From NCBI RefSeq assembly GCF_964355755.1, contig NC_092670.1, positions 14,060,795-14,124,794 on the forward strand: a stretch of DNA of 64,000 bases, written 5' to 3'. This stretch comes from Antedon mediterranea. Taxonomy: Eukaryota > Animalia > Echinodermata. Below, one piece after another: positions 24,604 to 37,700 of this stretch. The translations under genes were made by a program, and so were the position numbers. Each line of letters starts with the position of its first letter. Within the stretch, counting starts at the first letter, position 1. A model generated the notes under the pieces. It worked only from the letters and a program-made list of their open reading frames with translations, ran no database searches and was not told the DNA's origin.

Positions 24604-25344
24604 GTGAGTATTAAGCCTCTTAGTCGTAATACCAAAAACTCACCGTCTTTTTCCTCCTATCCTATCTGGTCCTGAGACGACGCACAGTGTAGTGTAGTGT
24701 ACATTCCTCTAGCCTGTTTCTTACTAAAATAAAGTCACAGTGTACGGCCTAACTTTCCGTTGCTGCTGTATTTGATCTAGCTTGCTAACCTTTTATCTTG
24801 AGTTTTTGTGTCTTAATTTGTTGTGTTTTTTTTACTAACTTCTAGCTAGGCCTATACTAACAAAAGAAAATCTTTTAATTTAAATAACATTTTGTTAAGT
24901 TCAACTTGAGATTCCGAAATACTTTACTGGTTCTACAGTGCATTTATTTTCAGCTGACTTTAGACCCGGGGGTGGGGGGATCCTACCCGGGGGTGGGGGG
25001 ATCCTACCCTTGAATCAATGAAAACTTACGAACTGTCTCCTGTTGTCTTGGTAGTTCAAGTCTCATAGTATTTTTCAGTAGCGTTAGTGCCGCATGTCTC
25101 GAAGTAGCAATCTCTTACTGGTGGCCGGTATCAGTAAGTGCTGTTACAGCAGCCCAGCAGTTATTGTTATCATATTTAAAAATTATGTAAAAAAAAAAAC
25201 TGTACTTAATTAATGAATATAGTATGCAAATTATTTGTTTTCTCAAAGTATAAACGATAAAGAATAACTAGTGCTGCTATTACTGTAGCATACTTTGCTT
25301 AGCAAATCATGCGTTATGTAATAAATGGCTGTTTTTGTTAATAC

Positions 25345-25543
25345 CATACATGCCAACACTCCGTGCTCCCGTTTTTCCACATTTTCTCCCGTTTTACAAA
25401 GTTAACTGAATTTTGGTTTATTTGTGGTTTCTGCATTAAAATATACAGTAAGAAAAAGGCTTGCACACAAGCAAACTTACGATATTTAAGCCATGTACGA
25501 CCATCTGTGGTCATTTTTTAAACTTCAGATGTTGGCATGTATG
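25345..25543. mobile_element. MITE with 14-bp TIR and 6-bp target duplication (hAT-like, inference)
   Basis: CATACATGCCAACA...TGTTGGCATGTATG. Left flank TAATAC; right flank TA[CTGTA]ATAC. Confidence 0.75.
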
Positions 25544-25788
25544 TACTGTAATACAATTATAAAAATCATTTTCATTAATACTTGTCCTTTTAATAATGAG
25601 TGTCCCCTAAATAGAGGTAAATTATCTAACTGTTAGTCTTGGTTTAACCTTTCTTAAATAAAGTCTTGAAAAATAATGAATATTTTTAACCTCTGTGCAG
25701 GTTTTGTTATTAAAAAAGAAATATTTTTTTTTAAACAGAACATTATTTTTTAGCTATTCTTATCTTGACAGATTTAAAAACTGGAATT

Positions 25789-28700
25789 ATGGACACTATT
25801 TTAGAGAGCTGCTTATCATATTGTTGCTACTGCTGCAGTTGCTATGGCGACCCACGACATGCCAATTTATATGAGCCGCTACTGATGGAGGAGGAAAAAG
25901 ACGCAGCAAATGATTTACTCTCCTACCTAAATACAGGTATGTAACTTGCTCATTAATATTCATGATTTAACTACGCATATCATTACAGAAGAATTTTTGT
26001 ATATATTTTTATTTTAGAGTTTTTGATAACCACATCACGGACTAACTTAGATCTATTATAATGCAAAATACAACACTATATAATTATACAAAAACTGCGT
26101 ACAAAATGGAAAACATATTTTAAATGTTGCGCATTAAGACAGACAAAAATCGATCAAAGTAGAAAACAGTATTTCCAGAAAAAGTTGCATGGTAGTCGAC
26201 GGGAGCAACCATTCTAGAACCGGCAGGCTACAGTGTCATGTTTGATCCAACTTGGGTTAATTTAAGCCTAAAATAGTCATTGACTAGCTGTTGACATTAG
26301 TAGGCCCTATTTATTTGTATACAGTACTATCAAAATCATAACCAAACACATGTAATTTTTTTTTTCCCATACACATTCAATTAGTGACAAACTTACCAAT
26401 TAAAGAATGAGATAAACGATATGATTTATCATGCTTAAACTAAAGTCTTATTTGAGACTGAGAGAGTGCAGATGGAAACCAAACATAAACATATATTTCC
26501 ATACACATTCAACTAGTGACAAACTTGCCATTTAAAGGATAAGATGAGAAACTATGATTTATCATGCTTATTACAACTAAGTCTCAGTAGAAATTGTTGT
26601 GAGTTACATACAACACTGGCACTACAGTAGTAGGTCAGGATTGAACCATGGACATGGAATTGGAAGGCAAGCATGTTAACCACCAAGCCATAGCGCCAAT
26701 ACATTTCTTATTTCTTTAGATTATTAAATATAAAGTCTGATATCAAATTAGATAAAATGACATGTTATGACGCCCATCAGTCACAGATGCTCGAATTCAA
26801 TTTTCTAAATAATTTTAATATTTATGGGTCTGTAAAACTCATTAGTAGTCTGACACAACTCATCAGTATAGCTCAAGTAGAATTCTAAATAACACACAGT
26901 TGTACACTATTCAGAATTTAAAATTGTATGCATTCCTAATTTTTCCCCAGGGTTGAAAAAATTGCGTGATTATTGTTTGTATGTAATGTGCCATTAGGTT
27001 GGCTATTTTAAATGCAATAAGCCTTGTAAGTAGGATGTATAACTGTAATTATTTTACTCCTTCTATTGTTTATTAAAAATTAATGCAACAACATTTAAGA
27101 TATCATACTTATTTTCAACGCTTTATTAACTAGGTTTTTGTAAAATAGTATTTTCTTATTTAAATTTATTGTTGTTTGTATCCTCAATGCCTTGTTGTAT
27201 TAGGTTCATATAATTTATAAGAAACATTAGAAATTTTAAACCTGGAGTTACTGTACTCTTTAATTTAAGGCAATGATAGCTACAGTATACCTACAACAAG
27301 TGCACAATGGCCTTAGTGTAGTATATTGCAGGTTTAATTTGAATAAAAACAATTTATATAATTAAATGTTGTCATTAAATAATAAATATTTTGCAACGCA
27401 TGACTGGTTTTGCGTGTATGGAAAAAATGTCATAATTTTAATCATATATTATGCTAATTAGGTTATATGCATTATCATGCATATAACTTCTTGATTCTGT
27501 CAAAATCTTTATTAGTTATCCGCATTGAGCGGATAACTCCTTGTAACTGTCCTGTTACTTTTTTTTTTTCTTTCCTTCTCCCCCATTTTTGTGTCTCGCG
27601 TATCTCAAAAACTTGTAAACATAACATGTTATAACTTTGTCAGCATGAGGGAATTCACGTGAAGTTGTGCACCTCCTATTTTTTAATTATGTCAGAGTTG
27701 CGCAACATGGCTTACGCGCGATTTTATGAATTTCACATATTTAACATAGGTCAAAAACCAAATAACATTTTAAATTGAAACTTTGCAAAAGTTTAATTTA
27801 TATCATGCGCTAACTTTTTGTTGAAAAAAAATGCGTGTTTTACAAAAAGTTACGCGCGTACGCGCATTTAAAATTTCAAAATGCGCAAAATTAATTTCTA
27901 ATCAACTTTCTACGCGTTTCATGTCATTTTGAGCATGACAAAAATTCCCAGGCGCGCGCAAATTTTTACGCGCGCGGAGCACACGTACCGTTAAAAACAG
28001 ATTTTTTCGCGTGATTTATGTTTTTTCAACCTTTTCTAGTAATTTTACCAACTTTTAAACAATTTCGACTTCAAATTACGTCATACGGGCACGTCGAATT
28101 GGATAATTTATGTGCGTTTTTGATGAAAAAGTTCAAAAATTTGTCAAAATTTGTCAAAATTATACCTTTTTTTAAACAGTCGGAGTTTCTAAACTAAACG
28201 GTAAAAGTTATTTTTATTACGTATTTTGGAAGATGATGAGTTGTAGATCATGTATCATGCATCAATACGGCTTACCGGACATTGTGACGTCATCGTATGG
28301 CCATGCGAATATAAAAAATAGAATTTTTGTATCTTTCATCATAGCTCATCACATTTAATAGAGCGCATCTCCAATTATCTGTTTTCCATTTTCACCCCGA
28401 TTTTTATATTATCTAGGTCAATCAACTATCTTTCGCATGAGTTAAAATATTTTAATTTTTATGACGTCATCATGTCTAAAAATGAAAATAACGTGGGTCA
28501 CTTATTTTCATCTTTACAGTAAATGTCAATCTGTTATAGCTCGTCAGAATAAAACGTGATAATCATGATTAAAACGTTTTCTGGAAGCTATTGGATTGTA
28601 GATACGAATTCATGTAAACATTTTGCCAATCGGATGTTGTGACGTCATCATATTGCCAGTTGAATAAAAAAAGTCGTATTTTCATATTTTGCGTAATAGT

Positions 28701-31700
28701 TCATCACATTTAAAATGGCGCGCATCTATATTTTACGTATTCAAATTTCTTCCACACGTTAATATGTTGTTGCTGAGATAATTTCCTTCCGAAATTGCTA
28801 TCTTAGTGTTTCATTTTGATACCGAAGCCGTGTTAAAAATAAGTATAAACGGGGGGACCCGTAATTTCACCTATTCTACACTGTATGTAACATGTATACA
28901 GATTATACCGTTTGCACTGTATATACTATATGACACAAAATTGACAGAATTCAGCACTAACAGCATATGATATTCTTCAGTTCAGGTCATAATGTCATAA
29001 TCTTTTTCCGTGTGCAAAATTCCAACGTATGACGTGCGTGTGGCGTTTGTCGTGCGGATAACTAACTCGTCAAAGTGACGAGTTTCATGTCTAGTTTATT
29101 TATTTATTTATTCTTTCCTTAGCACTATTTTGTCCGTGAATTATCTTGATATCAGTTTCATCTATCTAAGTCAATTTTTCAGAGTATATTCCTTATGGCC
29201 AGGAATCGATGTGGTTATATTTTCACGATGCGTAATCAAAAATTACGCGGTCTACGCGCGATTTTACGAAATCACGTTTGTAATCATATCTTCACAAGCA
29301 TGAATCACAATTAAACAAAATTTGGTACTCATAAATTTCAGGTCATATTTTATCATATGGCAATACAATTACGTGCGTAGCGCATATAACGCTTGCGTAC
29401 GCGCGCTTAAAATGTTCAAAATTGTCAAAATTTATTTTCGATGAAATTAGAGTACGTTTCAGGCAATTTTAAGCGTTTAAAAAATTGCCATGAGTGCGCA
29501 GATTTTTGCACGCGCACTGCGCGTTATACTTTAATGCGCACTCTTTTTGTCCAATTTCGGTTGTACAACCTTTCTTTAATAATATCATCATATTTTATTC
29601 ACTTTTCAACGCGTAATTGCCTTATACGAGCACGTCAAAAGTGACAGGCTACGCACGTGTAAGTTAACAAAATGGTGAAAATATGCTAAATTTTAAAATT
29701 AATATAGATCGTCAGAATGCTCGGGAACACATATTTTTTATTTCATTTTCTTGAAGTGTATGTATCTTATGTATGATTTATTATTAAACTAAGAAAACAA
29801 AAGTTGATTAAGCCATAATTAATTGCATATTAAATTTAAAAAAATTCATTTCGACAATCAAACAAATTATGACATTTTCTTAGGCCAAAATAACAAACTT
29901 AACATTAACTTTCTTCCTTCAAAAGTTCATATATTAAAGTTAAAAGTATATAGTTTGACAGTGCATCATTTTTGTACATTTTTAGAGATGTCATCATAGT
30001 AAAAAATTATAATTCATTGCGGTATGTAATAATCTATCTGCACCAAAGTGGTTACTGCATAGTAAATACACGGAGGAATTTTTCTACAATTTTTAGTCAG
30101 TTGTGTATGGCTCGGTGGTGTGTGCTCGTGTCTATGGCCCTCAAGGTACCGAGATCGAGTCTCACCTTGGGAAACGAAATAAGATTTTTTTTTATTATCC
30201 GTATTGTTTGTTCAAATTCATTTCTTAGTGTATATATTATACACATGATTTATAATGAAATCTAGATAAAAAATAACTTATGTCTTTATTATTATGTAAC
30301 AGCAAATTTGGTTTATGACATTATACGCAGAGGGATCTTTGATCGGATTGTGATACCGGCTATTGTATTCGCGTTAGCAAGGTCCTATCATATATTATAA
30401 ATAATTAAAGAATCTGAGAAAATCAATGAATCAAAATATCTTTTAAAAATCAATTATCTTTATTTAAATCAATGCATATAACCTATAATTCGTCATAGTG
30501 ACGAATTAAATCTAGTTGATTTTTATGTTCATACATCTTAAACCAATCAGAAAATGTCATTATGAGGATGTTTCAGCTAAAGATGAACTTTGCTTGACCG
30601 TTGAATTGCTAAGAAATCCGTAATTAGGTTAAACCAACAGCCATTGCGATAGAAACTTGTTATTGGATAATGCATGTATCTCCTCGCAATTCTAATTTTC
30701 TTCTACAAGCGATACTTAAACTCGTTATGATCAGTCCTAACGAATGGAATTGTCCTATTCAGTGCAAAAATATGATTTGAAATTTAGAGTTTTAGCTTTT
30801 TTACTGTTTATTGTACTGTAACGAATTCAAGGTGTACAGTAACAATAACGTCGAAGTTACATTACATCCTATAAAAACATTTTTTTTACTAGTGGAAACA
30901 TAAAATTTGCGCCGTATGTTAAAACATCATTTTCATCGAGGGGCCTATAAGCACTGTATGCTTGGCTTCTATACCCAGGAAAATCCTGGGAATCAAGTAA
31001 ACAAGTAAATAAACAAGTAATAGAAAATTATTACTGTATGAGTATTAAAATAAAATTCTAATCTAACCAACTTGAATAGATTCTAGTCATTTGATTGGAT
31101 CATTGTGGGTCACATGATATAAATGAATGTTATGTAGCACCAGGGAAGAGTTAAATAATTTAACTCTTCCCTGGTAGCACTCACTCTTGATGTTATGTAC
31201 TGTAGCAATCTCTTCTTTAACACTTTCTTCAGAGCCTACTAACAATCTCAGCTCTTTGATCTGTCACAATTTTGATTCAAATTCAATACAAACAAGGGAT
31301 TGATGAATACTGTGTACTAATTTTAAGATAATTTAATTAAGATAATAATTTTCAAAATCCTACTGATGGTCGACTCTACCAATGTGGACATCAGTGACCT
31401 TGTTTCCATTGTATCATTATGGTTGAAACCAAATGTGAGACCATTCAGACCCGGAGAGTTTCCTGTTGTCTTCAGACAGTCCAGTTCGACTGCTGTTCAA
31501 CCACTGGGGGGGGGGTACGGGGGTTTGTACGTCGGAGAGTTCCGCTTGGCCTCCCCCTTTTTTTACTTTCGTCCGGATGTCTGGGGGTGTCGCATTCTTA
31601 AAAAATGGCATGTGACGCTCTATAAATAGTGAAGAAATTACACCAAATTATACAACACTGCAGTAGTTCAGAAACACAAGAGATTAGCCGGAAATGCGAT

Positions 31701-34700
31701 TTGCGACCATCTAGAGAAAAAAAATTTGAGGGTATGGTTCCACTAAACAACTTAAACAAACCACCCCACTGTCAAAACTGGTTACGGCCCAGCAAACCGT
31801 TGCTTGTTATCAAATTTTGTCATTAAGTCTACCCAGGCTGCAATCAATACACCTTTAATGACTCCACTATCATGATGTGTATAAAATTGATCGTCAGTTC
31901 GAAAGAAGTTCAGTAGTTTCATTAAATAGTACCCTGGTTGCTTCTGTCGTATAATAACATTGATTTTACAATTTGCAAACTAAGTCAAATGTAAAAAACG
32001 AATACCAAAGGTCAGTTCAGTAGTTCCCTGGAATTCTTATAAGTTATATTAAAGATTCAGTATTCTAATTATTACAAGGATAGGAAATATCCACACTCCT
32101 GAAAGCCTAGACAGCATTTTTTCATTTTATATTACTTTAATTATTTCTTACTAAAATACCACACAGTACATTTTAAGTCCCACACTCAGGCTTTTTGGCT
32201 CAACCAAAAATCTCATCTCCACTTAAAACTTGAATCAGAAGTAATTATTGCGTGCTTCTATAGGTGTGATCCAAGGGAAACCTGAACTTCCCCTTTTGAA
32301 ATTCTGAAAAATACAGTGCAGAGGATAGGACATTAGCTCTTCATTTCACAATCTCTAAAGCTTGGTTCCCACTAGAACGTAACGCATGGACGTAAATGCA
32401 ACGCAAGCGTGTTGACCAATGACAAGAGAAGTTATAGACAGTTTAGCAATCACAAGCGAATAAACCATCGCTTGTGATTGGTCAATTCACTTGCTTTGCG
32501 TTACGTCCTTGCGTTGTGTCGCTAGTGGGAACCACGCTTTAGGTCCTCTGCTGAATCTCTCCTCCCCTCTCTTATTTCAAAATTCTTGATCAGCCTCTGG
32601 TATATGTTCATGCCAGTAGACTTTTAGATAGATAGCTGTACAGATATTTTTAATGTGGGCTTATTATAGTATAACATGATGATGGGCTTTTTATCCATTA
32701 CATTTAATTGTAGTAATTATGTACTTACTGTATTTATTCATTAAATATCAGTTTGGATGTTGAGTCAATCAGGTCTCATGTTTCTAGGTTTCATGTATTT
32801 TAATCAACTAGATGGTACGCTCGCTTCGCTCGCGTACCATCTAGGTCGTGCCCACAGATGGTTCTCGAATACACGGTAATTTCAGCGTAACAAAACTGGC
32901 GATTTCAAATGTACGTACCGCGGGACTATAATACATAGTCGTTTACAGAAACGAATAAAGACACGATGATTTATGTAGTCAATTAAATTTGCACCCTGGG
33001 AATTACTTCCGAAGGAGAAACTTACCACAAAATGAGTCCAAATTTTTGAATTTGTGTTTTGTATGTAACATTAGGGTTGAGGGATGGGAAAGCGGATAGG
33101 TACAAAGAGGAACAATTTTTAAATATATTCTTTATCCACTCAGTAACGAAATATTTTTTTCATGTTTTATAGGCCTATAAATAATATACCTCTAAATACA
33201 GTAAAACATTTGTCAGTATAAAGTTTATTTGTATATCTAACAGTAGAGCCTATCCACAATCTCAGTAATAAAGTTTATTTGTATATTTTTATATTACATC
33301 TCTAACAGTACGAACATTCACAGTAAGAAATGCTCGATTCAAATGAGGACAAAAAATAGTTAATAGGTATTTAATTTACAGTATTGTCAAAGTATTGCAA
33401 GTTTATTCTCAAAGGGCCCATATATTTACCTACTGTATGTGTTAAACCAAGGGCTCATAAATTTACCTACTTGTGTTAAACCAAACTCTGGCAGAGTGAG
33501 AGATTGGGATGTTCCATTCATCGCAAATCAATACATTTGTATAATCGTATATTAAATCTATCAAAATAGTATTTTTTTAAGAAAATCGGCCTGTCTTCAA
33601 CATTATGATGCTGTACTCTAGCTGTTCAACCGGTTTTCAGCTATTAAAAACAATTATCGTAGGAGGAGATAGGAAAATGCGAAGCCTCCTCGCATTTTTC
33701 TGGCGGGTATTTTTCAAGATGGACATCCATTAGACAGTGTATACCACGATCGGGAAAACACCCCTATTTGGGGCAAATCGTTGAACCTAAATTCGTTTTA
33801 ATCGTCAATAACTAATTATCTAACTTAATTTAATTAGTAAACAGGGTTACATCAGGTGGTTAAAATCAGTACCGAAAGTACGAACCAACTTTACATACCA
33901 TCGAGTAAAAATTCTAGAAGTAAGGCGCGATTTACCAAATTTTGCCCTTACGTAAATTTATATATAGATGATTCTTTGTCGATAATTGTTGGGACTGTAC
34001 AACGTTTGCATTTCTTTTGTTTCAACGGTGTCGTTATGCTTGCTTGATTCAATTTACTGTAGTTGTAGACACATGCTCAGCGCTATGTTTTTGTCTGGAG
34101 CAGACAATAGTTTTCTATCTCTTTCAAATTTTGTGCACCAAAGTTAGTAAATCAGGTTTATCAATGGAATAATAGAAGGCACACCCTTATCTTGTTCTTT
34201 TATTTTATCACATCCAACACTGAGTAAAGTATACAGTACCCACTAATTACAGGAAAGAAAATACAGTAATGATGCTTATCTCATAGGGAGTGGAATTGTT
34301 TATACAGCTATTGCACTAATTAAACTAATAATGTAACACTGGCTTCACTAAACTATTATTATTAATTATGGTATTATTTTAATTATTTCTAGTTTTGTTT
34401 AGTTTTTGCTAGTTCATAGCCCTTCCCATTGTTCAATAAGCCTACAGTATTGTTTTTTTATTTTTAAGAAATAAAACCCTCCACATAAATCCACTTGATA
34501 GAAAGACAATACTACACTATTAATTATGGTATTTTTTTTAATTATTTCTAGTTTAAAGAGCTGAATTTGATTAGTTTTTGCTAGTTTATAGCCCTAATTC
34601 CCATGGTTCAATATTTTTTTATATTTTTTATTAATATGTAACAAAAAGAAAGAAAACCCTCAACAAAAATCCTCAACATGTACTTGATAGAAATATAAGA

Positions 34701-37700
34701 CAAATTTTCAGGAATGAAATGTAGACTTGCTAATGAACCAAATATTACAACTTTTAATGATAGTAAATCCACATGTGGACTAATTGAATGAACATGTTTG
34801 TTACAAATCCACCAACCATGAAATATACTCATTTATGATCGATTTTAAGCCAGAGGGAAGCATGATCAATACTCTGCACGCCGTAAAAATCAACGCTGGA
34901 TTTCCTAATGCACTTTGGATGCTTCAGATTCCTGTGAGAATTTCGCCAGTTGTGATTTTTTTTTACAATCAATTTTATGAAAACAAAGATGAAGTGATTT
35001 CCATTTTAATATTTTCAAATTCACAGGCTCAGAGATTTAGAATTTTAGTATATCTACAGTACCTAACACACGTTGTTTTTAACTGTTCAGTGTTACTGTA
35101 TTTTCAGGCTGCGTGCCATTTAAAGATGTATTGTCCCCCTGACAAACTAATTATTCTAATTTTTGTTGTTGAATATGGCATTTTAATTTCTTCTAATAGT
35201 TATCCACTTTGACCAAAAATTAGATCGAAAACAATTTTGTTTACCTGAAAAAACTGTAATTTAAAGCAAAAAATAGTCAAATTGGCTGCCAGCCAATGGA
35301 TTTTTGGTTGAATTAACCATTTATTTTATCATTTTATAATGGAAAACATTATTTGTTTCCATGTTTTTTTTTCTACGGAAGTGGTTAACTTTATTAAAAC
35401 TACAAAATAACCTATTCAAAGTCTGATTTAATTAATCTTCATTTTTTATGTTTTTGGGGGACAATACATCTTTAACTGATTACTGAAAAATTTTACAATC
35501 AATTTTATAAAACAAAGATAGAGTTATTTCCATTTTTAATATTTTAAAATTCACATCAGAGATTTACAATTTTAGTATTATTATTTAGTATTCGCCTTAA
35601 CACAGAATTGATCGAGTGTTTTTAACCATTAGGCCTACTGTATTTTGAGGGTGCCTGCCATTTAACCGTTTTTTTTGCAGCAGAAACAGTACCTAAAGTT
35701 CGACTTACTGTACCAGGAATTTTAGACAGGTTTTGACTTATCATTCTTATTCACACTATGGTTCACTAGTTTAGTATTATCTCATAGTCTTTGTTAAATT
35801 GCTATTGTTGATGCCAAGGCTTTAGTATGGCTTAAGTCTATTTAAAACTGACTTTTATAGTCTACTGTTTGACTTGATAACAAATAAAATATTCCTACTG
35901 TATCTCTTCCCTACAGAAATGACCCATAACATATCGATTAAAAGATAATTGTATGTTGCATTTTTTAAAGTGTGTTTTCATGGAGGGTCACTATTTCTCA
36001 GATAGGCGATACCTTGCATTAAAATAGTAAGTTTATTTATGATGATTAGGTTTTACCTTTCAAGGTCAATTTTATAACAACAGACATTAAAAATCTATAA
36101 TTCTAGGTGTCAAACATTGAAAACATTTTACATTTATGTTTGAAATAGACTGACAGGTGCGATCAAGGATTTGTTTAACGGAAAAGCACTTGGTACTAAA
36201 CATAGTCTTTCAAAAATACATCAAAAATGATTCCATAATTTCATTTTAGCTGGATCCACCTCTGTTTGTGGGTGTGGATAGGGAGGTGCCAAGAAATGGT
36301 GATGGTAGTTTGCAAGGATGCTTCCACTTGTGGGCATGCAGTAGTTTGTGGACTATACCAATTGTGGATAAGGGTGTCCATTGAATTTTCAATCTTTTTA
36401 GTTATACAGTAGGTTTATCCAGGTACAGTAAGCGGCACTCATAGACTACTGTACCACCAACACTACTGTTGTTTTGTGTATAATTTGGAGATGGCTATTT
36501 AATAGTTCAATATGCCATCATAATTTCTTTCCATTGGTAGAATATGCAGGTGGTAAGATATACAGTGATAATTTCATTTTACAGTAGAAGAAAAATCATA
36601 TACAGTGTGTCTATTGTTAGTTTTGGTTCAATCACAAAGCAGGTGGCAATCAGATGTAATCTATTTTTTGCACTCTATTGTTAAATACCTTTTAGGGCCA
36701 TTTCAAAATTATTCTACTGCATTTACTGCAGTAAACTATACTTTTTTTACTCTTTAACCTGATTATGCTTATTTAGCAAGGTTTTTTGGGGTACACACTG
36801 TTTATTGCGACACCTCTAAAAAGTCTAGAATTAGGAAAACTAAAATCATTGGTTATTTCAGTGAAAAATATAGTTACTGCAGTAACTGCAGTAGAATAAT
36901 TTTAAACGATCCCTTATATTAATGTATTTACGAGTCAGCTTCAGTAATTTTTACTTCTTACCGTATCAAAGCTTTTGGATTCTAAAATATTATTATTGTT
37001 AAAAGACAGAAAGTTTATGGTGCATAATTATTTTCTGTATTCAATAATTGCAATAGCTGACCTATTTCTTAATAATATAACTGAACCTTATCTTCTAAAT
37101 AATCTAGCTCAAATATGAAAAAAGAAACCAATGATATCGATAGGTTTCCAATTCAGGTCTTCAGATCCAATGAATTGGTAGATATGAAATGTTTGATCTA
37201 TTCCCGTATTGTGTGTAGATTTTAATTTTAGCCACCAGGAGCTTGGATACGGTTCCGTATCCCTGGACACAAATTTAATTTTCACCATATTTTTTCATAT
37301 TGTCATGTGTGTAATCTTTATCAAAAGCAGTAACAAAAGTATCTTTGTTTTTTGTTTTTTTTTCAGATAGTGGAGAAAAACCAACAATTAATGAAAGGCG
37401 TTTTCGTGCATTGTGTGTTTTAACATATTCTGAAAATGTGGATTTACAAAGATCAGCTGCTCTATGGCTTGCAGAAATTAGCGAAAAATGTAAGTTTGGT
37501 AAAAATATGTCTTCCTCTATCATTTTTGTCTTCATCATTATTATCATCATTGTCATCATCATCATCATTATCATCACCAAATGATACTGTACTTTACTCC
37601 TAACCTTGAAAATAAGAAGCTACTGTAGATTTATACTCTTCTTTGTACAGTACTTGGGGTGACCTCTTTAGTATTGGTCACCAGTATGGTCAACACACTG

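Noticed and set aside
24565-25790. Identical 15-mer AAAAACTGGAATTAT in the presumed first exon and before the Vac8-like ATG
   Set aside because: AT-rich, no flanking homology; cannot be separated from chance.
26615-26697. Functional tRNA-Gly gene
   Set aside because: Anticodon and acceptor stems do not pair; diverged copies elsewhere point to a SINE relic.
37135-37172. Additional CTGANGA...GAAA hammerhead candidates (also about 31450-31480 and the 22-bp repeat near 3450)
   Set aside because: Stems I and II cannot form; likely chance matches.
37530-37577. Poly-Ile or poly-Met ORF ends
   Set aside because: An intronic (ATC)n microsatellite following a real donor at 37490.
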